Origin: a virus
Taxonomy: Duplodnaviria > Caudoviricetes
Length of the DNA: 55,806 nt
Virus record (IMG/VR): IMGVR_UViG_3300037780_000011
Coordinates: 1-55,806 of that record
Direction: 5' to 3' (one strand)
Numbering within the stretch: position 1 is the stretch's first letter; every line of letters starts with the position of its first letter. Positions 47,721 through 55,546 of the stretch are shown here, one piece after another. A program made the position numbers and the translations under genes. The notes beneath the pieces were generated by a model that was given only the letters and a program-made list of their open reading frames with translations, had not been told where the DNA came from and searched no databases.

Positions 47721-48127
47721 TGCCCATCATGAACGACATCCGCGCAACGCTTGACGGTGCCTTGGCTGATTTGTCCAACCTACCGCCTATCGCGTTTGAG
47801 AACGCGCCATTCTCGCAGATCGCAGGATCGGCGCACCTGCGCACGTCCCTGTTCCTTACGTCCCGTCGCCCCGCCGTCCGTGGACCCAATCCGCAGCACC
47901 GCTATCAGGGCCTCTACCAGATCACCATTGCCACACCCACCGACATCGGGACGGGTGACGCCTTTGACTACGCTGACACGCTCATGGACGCTTTTGACGG
48001 CTCCACAGACATCATCGGTGACGCCGCCACTGTCTCCATTGAATACGCAGAACTCGGAACGCAGGTGTTTTCTGATCCGTTCTACCTGCTTCCGGTGCAG
48101 GTTGGGTGGTATGTGTATAGTGATTAG
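47720..48127 (+). CDS. Tail terminator protein
   Basis: IAFENAPF...GLYQITI; position before the tail tube gene. Confidence 0.75.
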   Translation: MPIMNDIRATLDGALADLSNLPPIAFENAPFSQIAGSAHLRTSLFLTSRRPAVRGPNPQHRYQGLYQITIATPTDIGTGDAFDYADTLMDAFDGSTDIIGDAATVSIEYAELGTQVFSDPFYLLPVQVGWYVYSD

Positions 48128-48153
48128 AAAGAGGGACGCCGAAGCGCCCCTCT
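48126..48153 (-). terminator. Terminator of the TIGR operon
   Basis: Minus strand AGAGGGGCGC-TTCG-GCGTCCCTCT-TTCT. Confidence 0.75.
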
Positions 48154-48154
48154 G

Positions 48155-48202
48155 AAGTGTGACTCGCGCGCTCTGGTTTACTCATGAAGCGTGGTCACAC
48201 TT
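48155..48202 (-). ncRNA. TIGR-type guide unit 5 (overlaps the tasA stop codon)
   Basis: AAGTGTGA-CCA-CGCTTCATG-AG-TAAA-CCA-GAGCGCGCG-AG-TCACACTT. Confidence 0.85.
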
Positions 48203-48962
48203 TTCTCCAAGCCAAAGTCAAATCCTTCAGCAATTCTTTCGTCATGTAGCGCATGGCGCGGTTGTGGGCGTGTCCTTTTGAGATGTCGCGCGCCAACTCG
48301 TATTCCTTTCGCTTATCATAGATAATACGATACCGTCCAGCGTTTTCATCTTTGCCTTGCGCCTTCAATAGCGGGTCAGCGATATTCCAGAACACCGAAC
48401 GACGCTCCGGGCTGTATCCATGTTCTAGTGCGGCTTCGCCCGCCACACGACGTTGACGACCTCCGTTGATGACAGCAAGCCCAGCCCGCTTCCACACACC
48501 CGCAACGGACGGGTAAACAGACAAGTCTCCGCACTCAGCGACAGTCTTTGCGAGAGCAAGCGCACCGAAACCCTTGATAGATTCCGTGAACGGATAGATC
48601 GGAACCTGCTTGCCAAGTTTCTCAAGTTGACGCTCGTATGACTTGCGTTGCTGTTCAAGCGGATCGCGTGCCATCAGAAGCGGCGCGACAGCCAGAGCCT
48701 CCGGGCCATCATAACCCTTGCCGATTGCGCCATAGAGTTTGGTGGCTTCCTCCTTGCTGCCGCCACAAAGACGCCGAAGGACGGCCTGCGCTTGCAGGGA
48801 CAGCCTGGACTGTGCGCGCACCATGTCCTGACGAAGCCGCCATGTCTCAACGATCTGGATGATAAGGGGATCGGCAAAGCGCCGATCCCCCTCAAAGCGA
48901 GGCTCTCTAACAATGGACTTCTGGCATGGGGTGGCCTCGCTAAACTCAATAAGGTCTTTCAT
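48195..48962 (-). CDS. tasA: TasA-like RNA-guided DNA-binding protein (IS110/Nop-related, no nuclease domain)
   Basis: Coiled-coil segment then IKGFGALALAKTVAECGDLSVYPSVAGVWKRAGLAV and GHAHNRAMRYMTKELL. No N-terminal DEDD RuvC domain and no SG catalytic loop. Flanked by dual-spacer stem-loops; AAGGAG RBS. Confidence 0.8.
   Translation of the reverse strand: MKDLIEFSEATPCQKSIVREPRFEGDRRFADPLIIQIVETWRLRQDMVRAQSRLSLQAQAVLRRLCGGSKEEATKLYGAIGKGYDGPEALAVAPLLMARDPLEQQRKSYERQLEKLGKQVPIYPFTESIKGFGALALAKTVAECGDLSVYPSVAGVWKRAGLAVINGGRQRRVAGEAALEHGYSPERRSVFWNIADPLLKAQGKDENAGRYRIIYDKRKEYELARDISKGHAHNRAMRYMTKELLKDLTLAWRKV
48896..48941 (-). ncRNA. TIGR-type guide unit 4 (inside the tasA coding sequence)
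   Basis: AGCGAGG-CCA-CCCCATGCC-AG-AAGT-CCA-TTGTTAGAG-AG-CCTCGCT. Confidence 0.8.
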
Positions 48963-48983
48963 GTGTATCTCCTTTTATTAACC

Positions 48984-49027
48984 TTGTGACTACGTTTTTT
49001 TGGGTGACTGTCATTAGGTGGTCACAA
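48984..49027 (-). ncRNA. TIGR-type guide unit 3
   Basis: TTGTGA-CCA-CCTAATGAC-AG-TCAC-CCA-AAAAAACGT-AG-TCACAA. Confidence 0.85.
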
Positions 49028-49036
49028 AGTATGGGT

Positions 49037-49107
49037 TTTCAGGGTTTGGTGTGGCTTGAATCCGTTGGTTTCCAATCGGCGGTTGGCTCACTCTCCAAAC
49101 CCTGAAA
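49037..49107 (-). ncRNA. TIGR-type guide unit 2
   Basis: TTTCAGGGTTTGGAGAGTGAG-CCA-ACCGCCGAT-TG-GAAA-CCA-ACGGATTCA-AG-CCACACCAAACCCTGAAA. Confidence 0.85.
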
Positions 49108-49111
49108 CTAT

Positions 49112-49165
49112 TGCGTGGTTGGCTAATTCCTGGCGGATTGCTTCACCCCATTGGCCAACCACGCA
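49112..49165 (-). ncRNA. TIGR-type guide unit 1
   Basis: TGCGTGGTTGG-CCA-ATGGGGTGA-AG-CAAT-CCG-CCAGGAATT-AG-CCAACCACGCA. Confidence 0.85.
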
Positions 49166-49170
49166 GCGGC

Positions 49171-49659
49171 CTAAGCCGCAACTCTGACCGCTTCCAAGTC
49201 GTCCGGTTTGAACGCCTCGGCCACGGTCTGTTTTTCTGTCATCTTCTCGGCAACGATACCGAAGAAGCGCGCCTTGTCGGCCATGTGGTCCGACATCTTG
49301 CTATAGTAGTCGCGTTCATCAACGACTTCTTCCTTCATGGCATCCCCGAGACGCTTACCGGAACGCAAACGCATATCCATGATTGTCAGGCTGTTGATCT
49401 GCGCCAAGACTTTCGCGCGTTCATCCGGCGCTACTGGACGTTCCCAGTTTGCAACAGTCTTGTTCCAGATGTTCTTTCGCTGTCCGCGCTTTGCGTCACC
49501 GATAAGACCATTAACAACGGACCATTCATGCGGCTGCATGACGGCGCGATACAATGCGCGGTCATTTTCCATCATCCGCAACATATTCTCACATGCTTGT
49601 TTGACGCTATCCGCACCATCCCAAGCTGCCTCAATGGCTTCTTTCACGTTCATGCTCAA
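49171..49659 (-). CDS. Uncharacterised helical protein, first gene of the TIGR operon
   Basis: 162-aa ORF; the AGGAG RBS favours the ATG at 49653; between the promoter and guide unit 1. Confidence 0.8.
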   Translation of the reverse strand: MSMNVKEAIEAAWDGADSVKQACENMLRMMENDRALYRAVMQPHEWSVVNGLIGDAKRGQRKNIWNKTVANWERPVAPDERAKVLAQINSLTIMDMRLRSGKRLGDAMKEEVVDERDYYSKMSDHMADKARFFGIVAEKMTEKQTVAEAFKPDDLEAVRVAA

Positions 49660-49681
49660 CTCCTAACGAATCGCAAAGCCA

Positions 49682-49711
49682 CCCAACCACACTCCCAACC
49701 GATTCGTCAAG
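49682..49711 (-). promoter_or_regulatory. Promoter of the CTTGACGAATC class (copy 4), upstream of the TIGR operon
   Basis: Minus strand CTTGACGAATC-N10-GTGGTT. Confidence 0.65.
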
Positions 49712-49789
49712 CGCGAATCACGACGTGTTGTTGCACGGCAACAGTCAACCTGATATTATCGCAACAACGATTTTATCTTGGAGACTGTC

Positions 49790-50704
49790 ATGGCGTTCGC
49801 CCAGGGATCACGTAGCGCATTGGCCGTAGGTGTAGAAGGCACGTTCGGAACGGAAGCCTCCTCCTATGACCTTGTTCCCATCAAGACCCATTCGCTTGAT
49901 CTGACGAAAGAGCGCTTGCAAGGCATGGACATTCAGGCGGACCGTATGCCGCGTGTCAGCCGTCACGGGAACCGCCAAGCCGCAGGGTCCATCGAAGTTG
50001 ACCTCCGCATGGGGAACTACGACGACTTCCTTGAATCGGCCATGCTGTCCACCTTTGACAGCAACGATGAAATGACCATCGGCACTACGCCGAAGTTCCT
50101 GACTATCGAAGATCGCCTCGCGGACATTACGCAGTATCGCCTGTTCACCGGCATGGCTGTATCGACCGCCACGTTCAGCATCGCGCCGAACCAGATGGTC
50201 AACACCACCTTTGAAATGGTCGGCAAGAACGCATCCATCAGCGGCACGCCTAAGTCTGCATCTGCTGCTACCACCAACACCCCATTTGACAGCTATAACG
50301 GCTCTATCTACGAAGGTGGTGTCGGCACGTCTGACCTGATCGAGATTGTCACTTCGGTTGAGTTCAGCATTACCAACTCGTTCGCACCTACTTTCGTGAT
50401 CGGTGACGACACCGCTCCGCAACTTGAATATGGCCGGTCGATCATCGAAGGCACCATGACGGTGTATTTCGAGGATGCGACTCTTATCAACAAGTTTCTC
50501 AACGAGACTGAGAGCGAATTGCAAGTTAGTGTCGCGGAACCCGGTGGGACCAACCCTTACACGTTCTACTTCCCGCGCATCAAATTTAACGGTGCATCAG
50601 TTCCCCTAGCAAACGAACAGTCCCGCACAATTGAACTGCCATTTGAGGCACTCCATGACAGCGTAGAAGGCACCCAGATGCTTCTCACGCGCTCGTCCGC
50701 CTGA
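49790..50704 (+). CDS. Major tail tube protein
   Basis: MAFAQGSRS...RHGNRQAAGSI...FLNETES; GGAG RBS; upstream of the chaperones and tape measure. Confidence 0.9.
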   Translation: MAFAQGSRSALAVGVEGTFGTEASSYDLVPIKTHSLDLTKERLQGMDIQADRMPRVSRHGNRQAAGSIEVDLRMGNYDDFLESAMLSTFDSNDEMTIGTTPKFLTIEDRLADITQYRLFTGMAVSTATFSIAPNQMVNTTFEMVGKNASISGTPKSASAATTNTPFDSYNGSIYEGGVGTSDLIEIVTSVEFSITNSFAPTFVIGDDTAPQLEYGRSIIEGTMTVYFEDATLINKFLNETESELQVSVAEPGGTNPYTFYFPRIKFNGASVPLANEQSRTIELPFEALHDSVEGTQMLLTRSSA

Positions 50705-50793
50705 TCCCGGCGTCGGGATTTCCGGGCGGGCGGTGAAGTCGGGGTCATCGCTCGCCCATCCCTGACATACCCCGTCACCTAAGGAGACCCCCG

Positions 50794-51192
50794 ATGGGCT
50801 TGAATAAAGTCGGTGTCGTCAAGGACACCACGGACGTTGAACTCGTCCACCCGATGAGCGGAGAAGTGCTGACCAACGATGATGGTAGCGCGATGACCAT
50901 TACCGTCTATGGTCCGTATTCCGACTTCTACAAGAAAACCATGCACGCACAACAGAACAAGCGTCTCGCAAAAGCACAGCGCATGGGCGGAAAGATGAAC
51001 CTGACCGCCGAAGAATTGGAAGCGGGTGCTCTGGACCTTCTGGTGAAATGCACCAAGGGCTGGAAGATTACGCTGGATGAAGGCTTGGAGAAATTCTCCG
51101 AGGCGAAAGTCCGCGAAGTCTACACGGAATTGCCTTGGGTGCGTGACCAGGTTGAAGCGGTAATGGGAGACACCCGCGCTTTTTTGGGCTAG
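50794..51192 (+). CDS. Tail assembly chaperone (gpG-like)
   Basis: Position; ends at the slippery sequence T TTT TTG. Confidence 0.85.
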   Translation: MGLNKVGVVKDTTDVELVHPMSGEVLTNDDGSAMTITVYGPYSDFYKKTMHAQQNKRLAKAQRMGGKMNLTAEELEAGALDLLVKCTKGWKITLDEGLEKFSEAKVREVYTELPWVRDQVEAVMGDTRAFLG

Positions 51193-51545
51193 TCCAAAGT
51201 AGGCTTCTCGATTTCGCTGAACACTCGTTCGCACTAAACAAGACGGACAAGAAAGGTGTTTCCTTGCGGGAACACCTTGAGCAAGTCGAGAAGTCTACCG
51301 GCAAGACACCTGAAGAACTCATCGGACCTGAGTTCCCTGACATCGCCGCTCATGTTTGGGCTGCTTTTCTCGACCTCCATAAGGGCCGCTCTTATGGCAT
51401 GTCAGGAGGCAATCCGCTAACATGGTCGGACATAGCCGCATGGTGTAACCTCACGGGAATTGTGTTATCTTCGTGGGAAGTAGACACTATCAAGGCGCTG
51501 GATATGGCGTGGGTCGCGTCAGCCAACGAGCGAGATGACCAATGA
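51180..51545 (+). CDS. Tail assembly chaperone frameshift extension (gpT-like)
   Basis: The -1 frame is open from 51180 to 51545; no good independent RBS and ATG. Confidence 0.75.
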   Translation, partial: FFGLVQSRLLDFAEHSFALNKTDKKGVSLREHLEQVEKSTGKTPEELIGPEFPDIAAHVWAAFLDLHKGRSYGMSGGNPLTWSDIAAWCNLTGIVLSSWEVDTIKALDMAWVASANERDDQ

Positions 51546-53971
51546 GCCTAAGAACGGTCGGGATTGAGTTTGAACTAAAAGGACAGAGGGAGGTTGTTCA
51601 GGGCCTTAAAAATGTTGCCAAGGCTCAGGAGGCTTTAACAAGGGGGATTCGTGTATCAGTAGACGCATCCAACTCCAATGCGAGAAGCCTAGACAGAATC
51701 GCAAGAGAAGCCCTGAAGGCGCAGCGAGAAATGGATAGGCTTGCGAAAGCTCTTTCTCAAGGTCGGATCGCGTCTTCCCAATTTCATGCCGAGACAAATA
51801 AGATAGCCACAAGGCTAAGGTCTATGGGAATGGACCGAGCGCAGTCAGAGGTTACTAGGTATAAGAACGCGCTTCTTCAGGCATCGCAAGGCCAACGTAT
51901 GCTTGCTACTGCAACAGTAGCCGGAACACAGAGATCGGATGCGTTTGAAGCACAGACACGACAAACAACAAATGCACTAAATGAGCAAGCTGCGGCAAAC
52001 CAATTTGCTGGCAGAAGAATGAACGCTATGGGTATGGCAACCCAGCAAGTTGGTTATCAGGTCGGTGACTTCTTGGTGCAGGTGCAATCCGGCACAAACG
52101 CTTTCGTGGCGTTCGGTCAGCAGGCCACGCAGTTGGTTGGTATTCTGCCGCTCATGGCTGACAGTCTTAACGTAAGCACAGGAAGAATGATTTTGATTTC
52201 TTCTGTGCTTGGTATTTTGATTCCCCTTATGACAGCTTTTGGTGCGGCTTTGGCAAGGACGGGTGGTGCGGGAGAAATATTCTCTGAACTCGCTTATGCG
52301 CTTGAGCCTATAAGACCGCTTCTTGATGCTCTCGCAGTCGCAATGTCTACTGTCGCGGAAGTCACCATAAACACAGTTAATCTGCTCGTTAATAACTTGG
52401 ATCGCCTTGTTGTAATGGCGACTGTTGTTGCTGCCTTTTTCGCAGCCAAATGGGTTGCTGCTTTTGTGGCAGCGGGCGGTGTTACTGCCGCTCTTACTGG
52501 CGCTCTCGGGCTTCTCAGGATCGCAATGCTAAGGCTTCCTTTCGTTGGACTCGTGGTTGTGGCGACTGAAATCGTCTATCAGTTTTCACGGTTGGCAAAT
52601 GCGGCTGGTGGACTTGGCGAAGCAATGTCTATGGTTGGCGCTGTCATTGTTGAATTGTGGCAAAGGGCTGGTGTCGCAACGCGAGCCGCTGGTGCCGTGT
52701 TTTCAGAAGTTTTCAACAGTATGAAAGCGAACGCAGCGTCCGCTGTCCAAGAGACACTTACAAGCATTGTCGGGCTTGCAAACACTATTGCCAACGCTTT
52801 TGAGGGTGCGTTTCTAGCAGTTCAGGCAATATGGCAGGCACTGCCCAATGTATTTGCCCGCGTCGGCGCTATGGCCATGAACGCTCTTATAGGCGCAATG
52901 CAGCAAGGATTGACAGCTCTTGTTGGAGTAATGAACGACGTTCTGACTCTTGGCGGTCTCGCACCAGAAATGGCAATACCAGCGCCAGATTTGTCAGGGT
53001 GGCAAGTCACTGTCCCGGAGGCCGCAAACATTGGCGTTGCAATATCTGACGCATTTAATTCCGCATTTGACGACAATCCATTGCAAGTTCCTGATATTGG
53101 GCTTCAGGGGATCATAGACAGATCGCTTGAGGATGCTGATTTTTACAGGGGAGTTGCAGCGGACTTGGCGGAGCAACTGAATATGCCCCTTGAGGCATTG
53201 AATGAACTGCGCCAAGCGATGATTTCAGCAAATGAGGAAGGCCGCAACATTGATGTCAGAGAGTGGTTTGGAGGACTATCTGATGAGGATGCTGGTGGCG
53301 GAACCGGCGGAGGCGCTACAGATGAGGCAAGCAGCGCGCTAGAAGACATGCAAAGACAGTTTGAGAGTCTAGCAGAAACCATAAAATCATCCATGTCTGA
53401 CGCCTTCATGTCTATCGTAGATGGGACAAAAACTGCTGCCGAGGCGTTCAGGGATATGGCCCGGAACATACTCAAGCAACTCTTTGATATTCTCGTTGTC
53501 CAAAGGATAGTAGGTTCTTTCGATAGTCAGACAGGAACCGGAACTGGTTTGGTCGGCGGCATAATGAGGATTTTCGGTTCCGCAAATGGTAATGCCTTTC
53601 AATCTGGTAACGTCATACCATTTGAAAAAGGTTCGGCCCTTTATAGCGGAAACGTCATCCCCTTCGCCAACGGTGGCGTCGTATCCAGTCCGACCATGTT
53701 CCCGATGCGCGGCAACCAAACCGGTCTCATGGGCGAGGCTGGCCCGGAAGCGATCATGCCACTCAAGCGTGGGCGTGACGGTAAACTAGGTGTGCAGGCA
53801 GAAGGTGGTGGCGGTAACGTCGTGGTAAACAATCACTTCCACTTCCAAGCCAACGGTGATGAAAGCGTCAAGAGGATCATCGCACAGGAAGCACCTAAAA
53901 TAGCTAATCTGACACAGCAGCAGATCATCGACCAGCGGAAGCGCGGTGGTGTAATGAAGGCAACATTTTAA
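51542..53971 (+). CDS. Tape measure protein
   Basis: Long Ala/Gly-rich helical ORF; QQVGYQVGDFLVQVQSG and C-terminal GLMGEAGPEAIMPL. Confidence 0.93.
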   Translation: MSLRTVGIEFELKGQREVVQGLKNVAKAQEALTRGIRVSVDASNSNARSLDRIAREALKAQREMDRLAKALSQGRIASSQFHAETNKIATRLRSMGMDRAQSEVTRYKNALLQASQGQRMLATATVAGTQRSDAFEAQTRQTTNALNEQAAANQFAGRRMNAMGMATQQVGYQVGDFLVQVQSGTNAFVAFGQQATQLVGILPLMADSLNVSTGRMILISSVLGILIPLMTAFGAALARTGGAGEIFSELAYALEPIRPLLDALAVAMSTVAEVTINTVNLLVNNLDRLVVMATVVAAFFAAKWVAAFVAAGGVTAALTGALGLLRIAMLRLPFVGLVVVATEIVYQFSRLANAAGGLGEAMSMVGAVIVELWQRAGVATRAAGAVFSEVFNSMKANAASAVQETLTSIVGLANTIANAFEGAFLAVQAIWQALPNVFARVGAMAMNALIGAMQQGLTALVGVMNDVLTLGGLAPEMAIPAPDLSGWQVTVPEAANIGVAISDAFNSAFDDNPLQVPDIGLQGIIDRSLEDADFYRGVAADLAEQLNMPLEALNELRQAMISANEEGRNIDVREWFGGLSDEDAGGGTGGGATDEASSALEDMQRQFESLAETIKSSMSDAFMSIVDGTKTAAEAFRDMARNILKQLFDILVVQRIVGSFDSQTGTGTGLVGGIMRIFGSANGNAFQSGNVIPFEKGSALYSGNVIPFANGGVVSSPTMFPMRGNQTGLMGEAGPEAIMPLKRGRDGKLGVQAEGGGGNVVVNNHFHFQANGDESVKRIIAQEAPKIANLTQQQIIDQRKRGGVMKATF

Positions 53972-54561
53972 TGGCACTCTCCTTCCCTCTTTCCCTACCC
54001 ACGTCCATCGGTATCGAGTCCATCGAACTGCGAGCCATGAACGCTGTTGCTACGAGCGAGTCTCCGTTCACCTACAAGCAGCAAATCCACGCGCATCAAG
54101 GTCAGCGGTGGGAAGCCAGCGTCAATGTGGCGTCTAATATCCGTCGTGACCTTGCAGCCCCGTGGAAAGCTTTTCTTACGTCCCTCAAGGGCCAGCAAGG
54201 CACGTTTCTCCTCGGAGACCCTGACTACGCCACGCCGCGTGGGACGGTATCTGCCTGCACACTGAGTGGGTCTTCCGGTGATGAAAGCGTTACCGTCACG
54301 ATGACAGGTTCTTTGCTTGCTGGCGATTACATTCAACTTGGCACGGGAGCCAGTGCAAAACTGCATCAGGTTCTCGCCGATCTTTCTGGGAACGGCACAC
54401 TGGAAATCTGGCCCGGACTTCGTAGTGACTATACCGATGCGACAGTGACGTTCAACGCGGCAAAAGGTGTGTTTCGGCTCTCCACACCGATGTCGTCTTG
54501 GAGTATTAATAACGCAAGCGCATACGGTATCAGTTTCGAGGCGGTGGAGGCGCTTGTCTGA
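53971..54561 (+). CDS. Distal tail protein (Dit-like)
   Basis: Follows the TMP; SESPFTYKQQ...GQRWEA. Confidence 0.75.
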   Translation: MALSFPLSLPTSIGIESIELRAMNAVATSESPFTYKQQIHAHQGQRWEASVNVASNIRRDLAAPWKAFLTSLKGQQGTFLLGDPDYATPRGTVSACTLSGSSGDESVTVTMTGSLLAGDYIQLGTGASAKLHQVLADLSGNGTLEIWPGLRSDYTDATVTFNAAKGVFRLSTPMSSWSINNASAYGISFEAVEALV

Positions 54562-55124
54562 TGGCATCCCGCGATCTTACGACAGCCGTATCCGATGCTC
54601 TTGATGATGAAATCGTCAAGCCGTTCTTTGCTATTGAGATGCTGTTCGACAGTTCTCCGCTACGTGTCTGGACGGGCGTTGGTGAAGCGACAATTGACGG
54701 AAACGCATATACCGGCACAGGCACGCTTCTCAACGTGTCCTCTATTGAGGAAACGTCTGAGATCGCTGTTCGTGGGGCTACGCTCACCCTTAGCGGTATG
54801 CCAAGCGAAGTCATATCCCTTGCGCTACAGGAGCCATATCAAGGGCGCGTGTGCAAAATCTACTTCGGCGTCGTTGATGGGAACACGTATTCCAATCTCA
54901 CCGAAGTCTTTTCCGGTTACATGGACGAGATGAACATTGAGGAAGGTGCTGACTTTGGCACCATTGAACTCAAGGTTGAGAACAAACTGATTGACCTTGA
55001 GCGAGCGCGCGTTCGCAGGTTCAGCAGCGGTTACCAGAAATCTGTTTATCCTGGAGACAAGGGCTTTGATTTCGTTGAAGACTTGCAGGACAAGGATATT
55101 GTTTGGGGCAGGTCTGTGCAATGA
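54561..55124 (+). CDS. Tail tip / hub protein
   Basis: LRVWTGVG, FSGYMD, YPGDKGFDFVEDLQDKDIVWG. Confidence 0.75.
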   Translation: MASRDLTTAVSDALDDEIVKPFFAIEMLFDSSPLRVWTGVGEATIDGNAYTGTGTLLNVSSIEETSEIAVRGATLTLSGMPSEVISLALQEPYQGRVCKIYFGVVDGNTYSNLTEVFSGYMDEMNIEEGADFGTIELKVENKLIDLERARVRRFSSGYQKSVYPGDKGFDFVEDLQDKDIVWGRSVQ

Positions 55125-55546
55125 ATCCGTTTTTTATAGAAAACGAGCGCATCCCATCTTTCCTGATGTCAGTTAAGGATGAGCCTTGGCAAAGGGGTAT
55201 CTTTGACTGCGTGACGTTCATTAATCTCTACGCGGATGAGGTATTTGATAAGCCATACGCAAATCCTGACGATTACCCGTTCCATGATTTCAAGACGGCT
55301 GTTCGAGCGTGCCGCAGGATCTGCAAAGACAATGGTGTTCGACATTTCAACGAGGTTCTAGACAAGCATTACCACAGGATAGACTTGCCGGAAGAAGGTT
55401 GTATTGTGGCCAAGGAGGACAACGAAGGCATCACTGGATACACATACGGTGTGTGTTATGATGGTTTCGGGTATTTCGCTGGCGATGATGGCCTGCAAAC
55501 GATGGAATTGAACCCGGCAGAAGACCATTACTGGAGTGTTGAGTAA
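55121..55546 (+). CDS. NlpC/P60-like tail tip assembly protein
   Basis: WQRGIFDCVTF; sits between the hub and J genes. Confidence 0.65.
   Translation: MNPFFIENERIPSFLMSVKDEPWQRGIFDCVTFINLYADEVFDKPYANPDDYPFHDFKTAVRACRRICKDNGVRHFNEVLDKHYHRIDLPEEGCIVAKEDNEGITGYTYGVCYDGFGYFAGDDGLQTMELNPAEDHYWSVE

Noticed and set aside
48916-48934. Self-target of guide 1 inside tasA (8/9 match to spacer A next to a 6/9 match to reversed spacer B)
   Set aside because: It needs four mismatches, a 1-nt gap and the opposite spacer order, and part of the match comes from the shared box sequence. This is compatible with chance.
48195-48962. Active IS110 insertion sequence with a bridge RNA
   Set aside because: The protein is only 255 aa, lacks the N-terminal DEDD RuvC domain, and has AGLAVINGG where IS110 has the catalytic Ser loop. 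The flanking RNA is five separate dual-spacer hairpins rather than one target/donor pair.
53582-53680. Tandem GNVIPF duplication near the end of the tape measure gene
   Set aside because: A short in-frame duplication in a repeat-prone gene; no sign of separate function.
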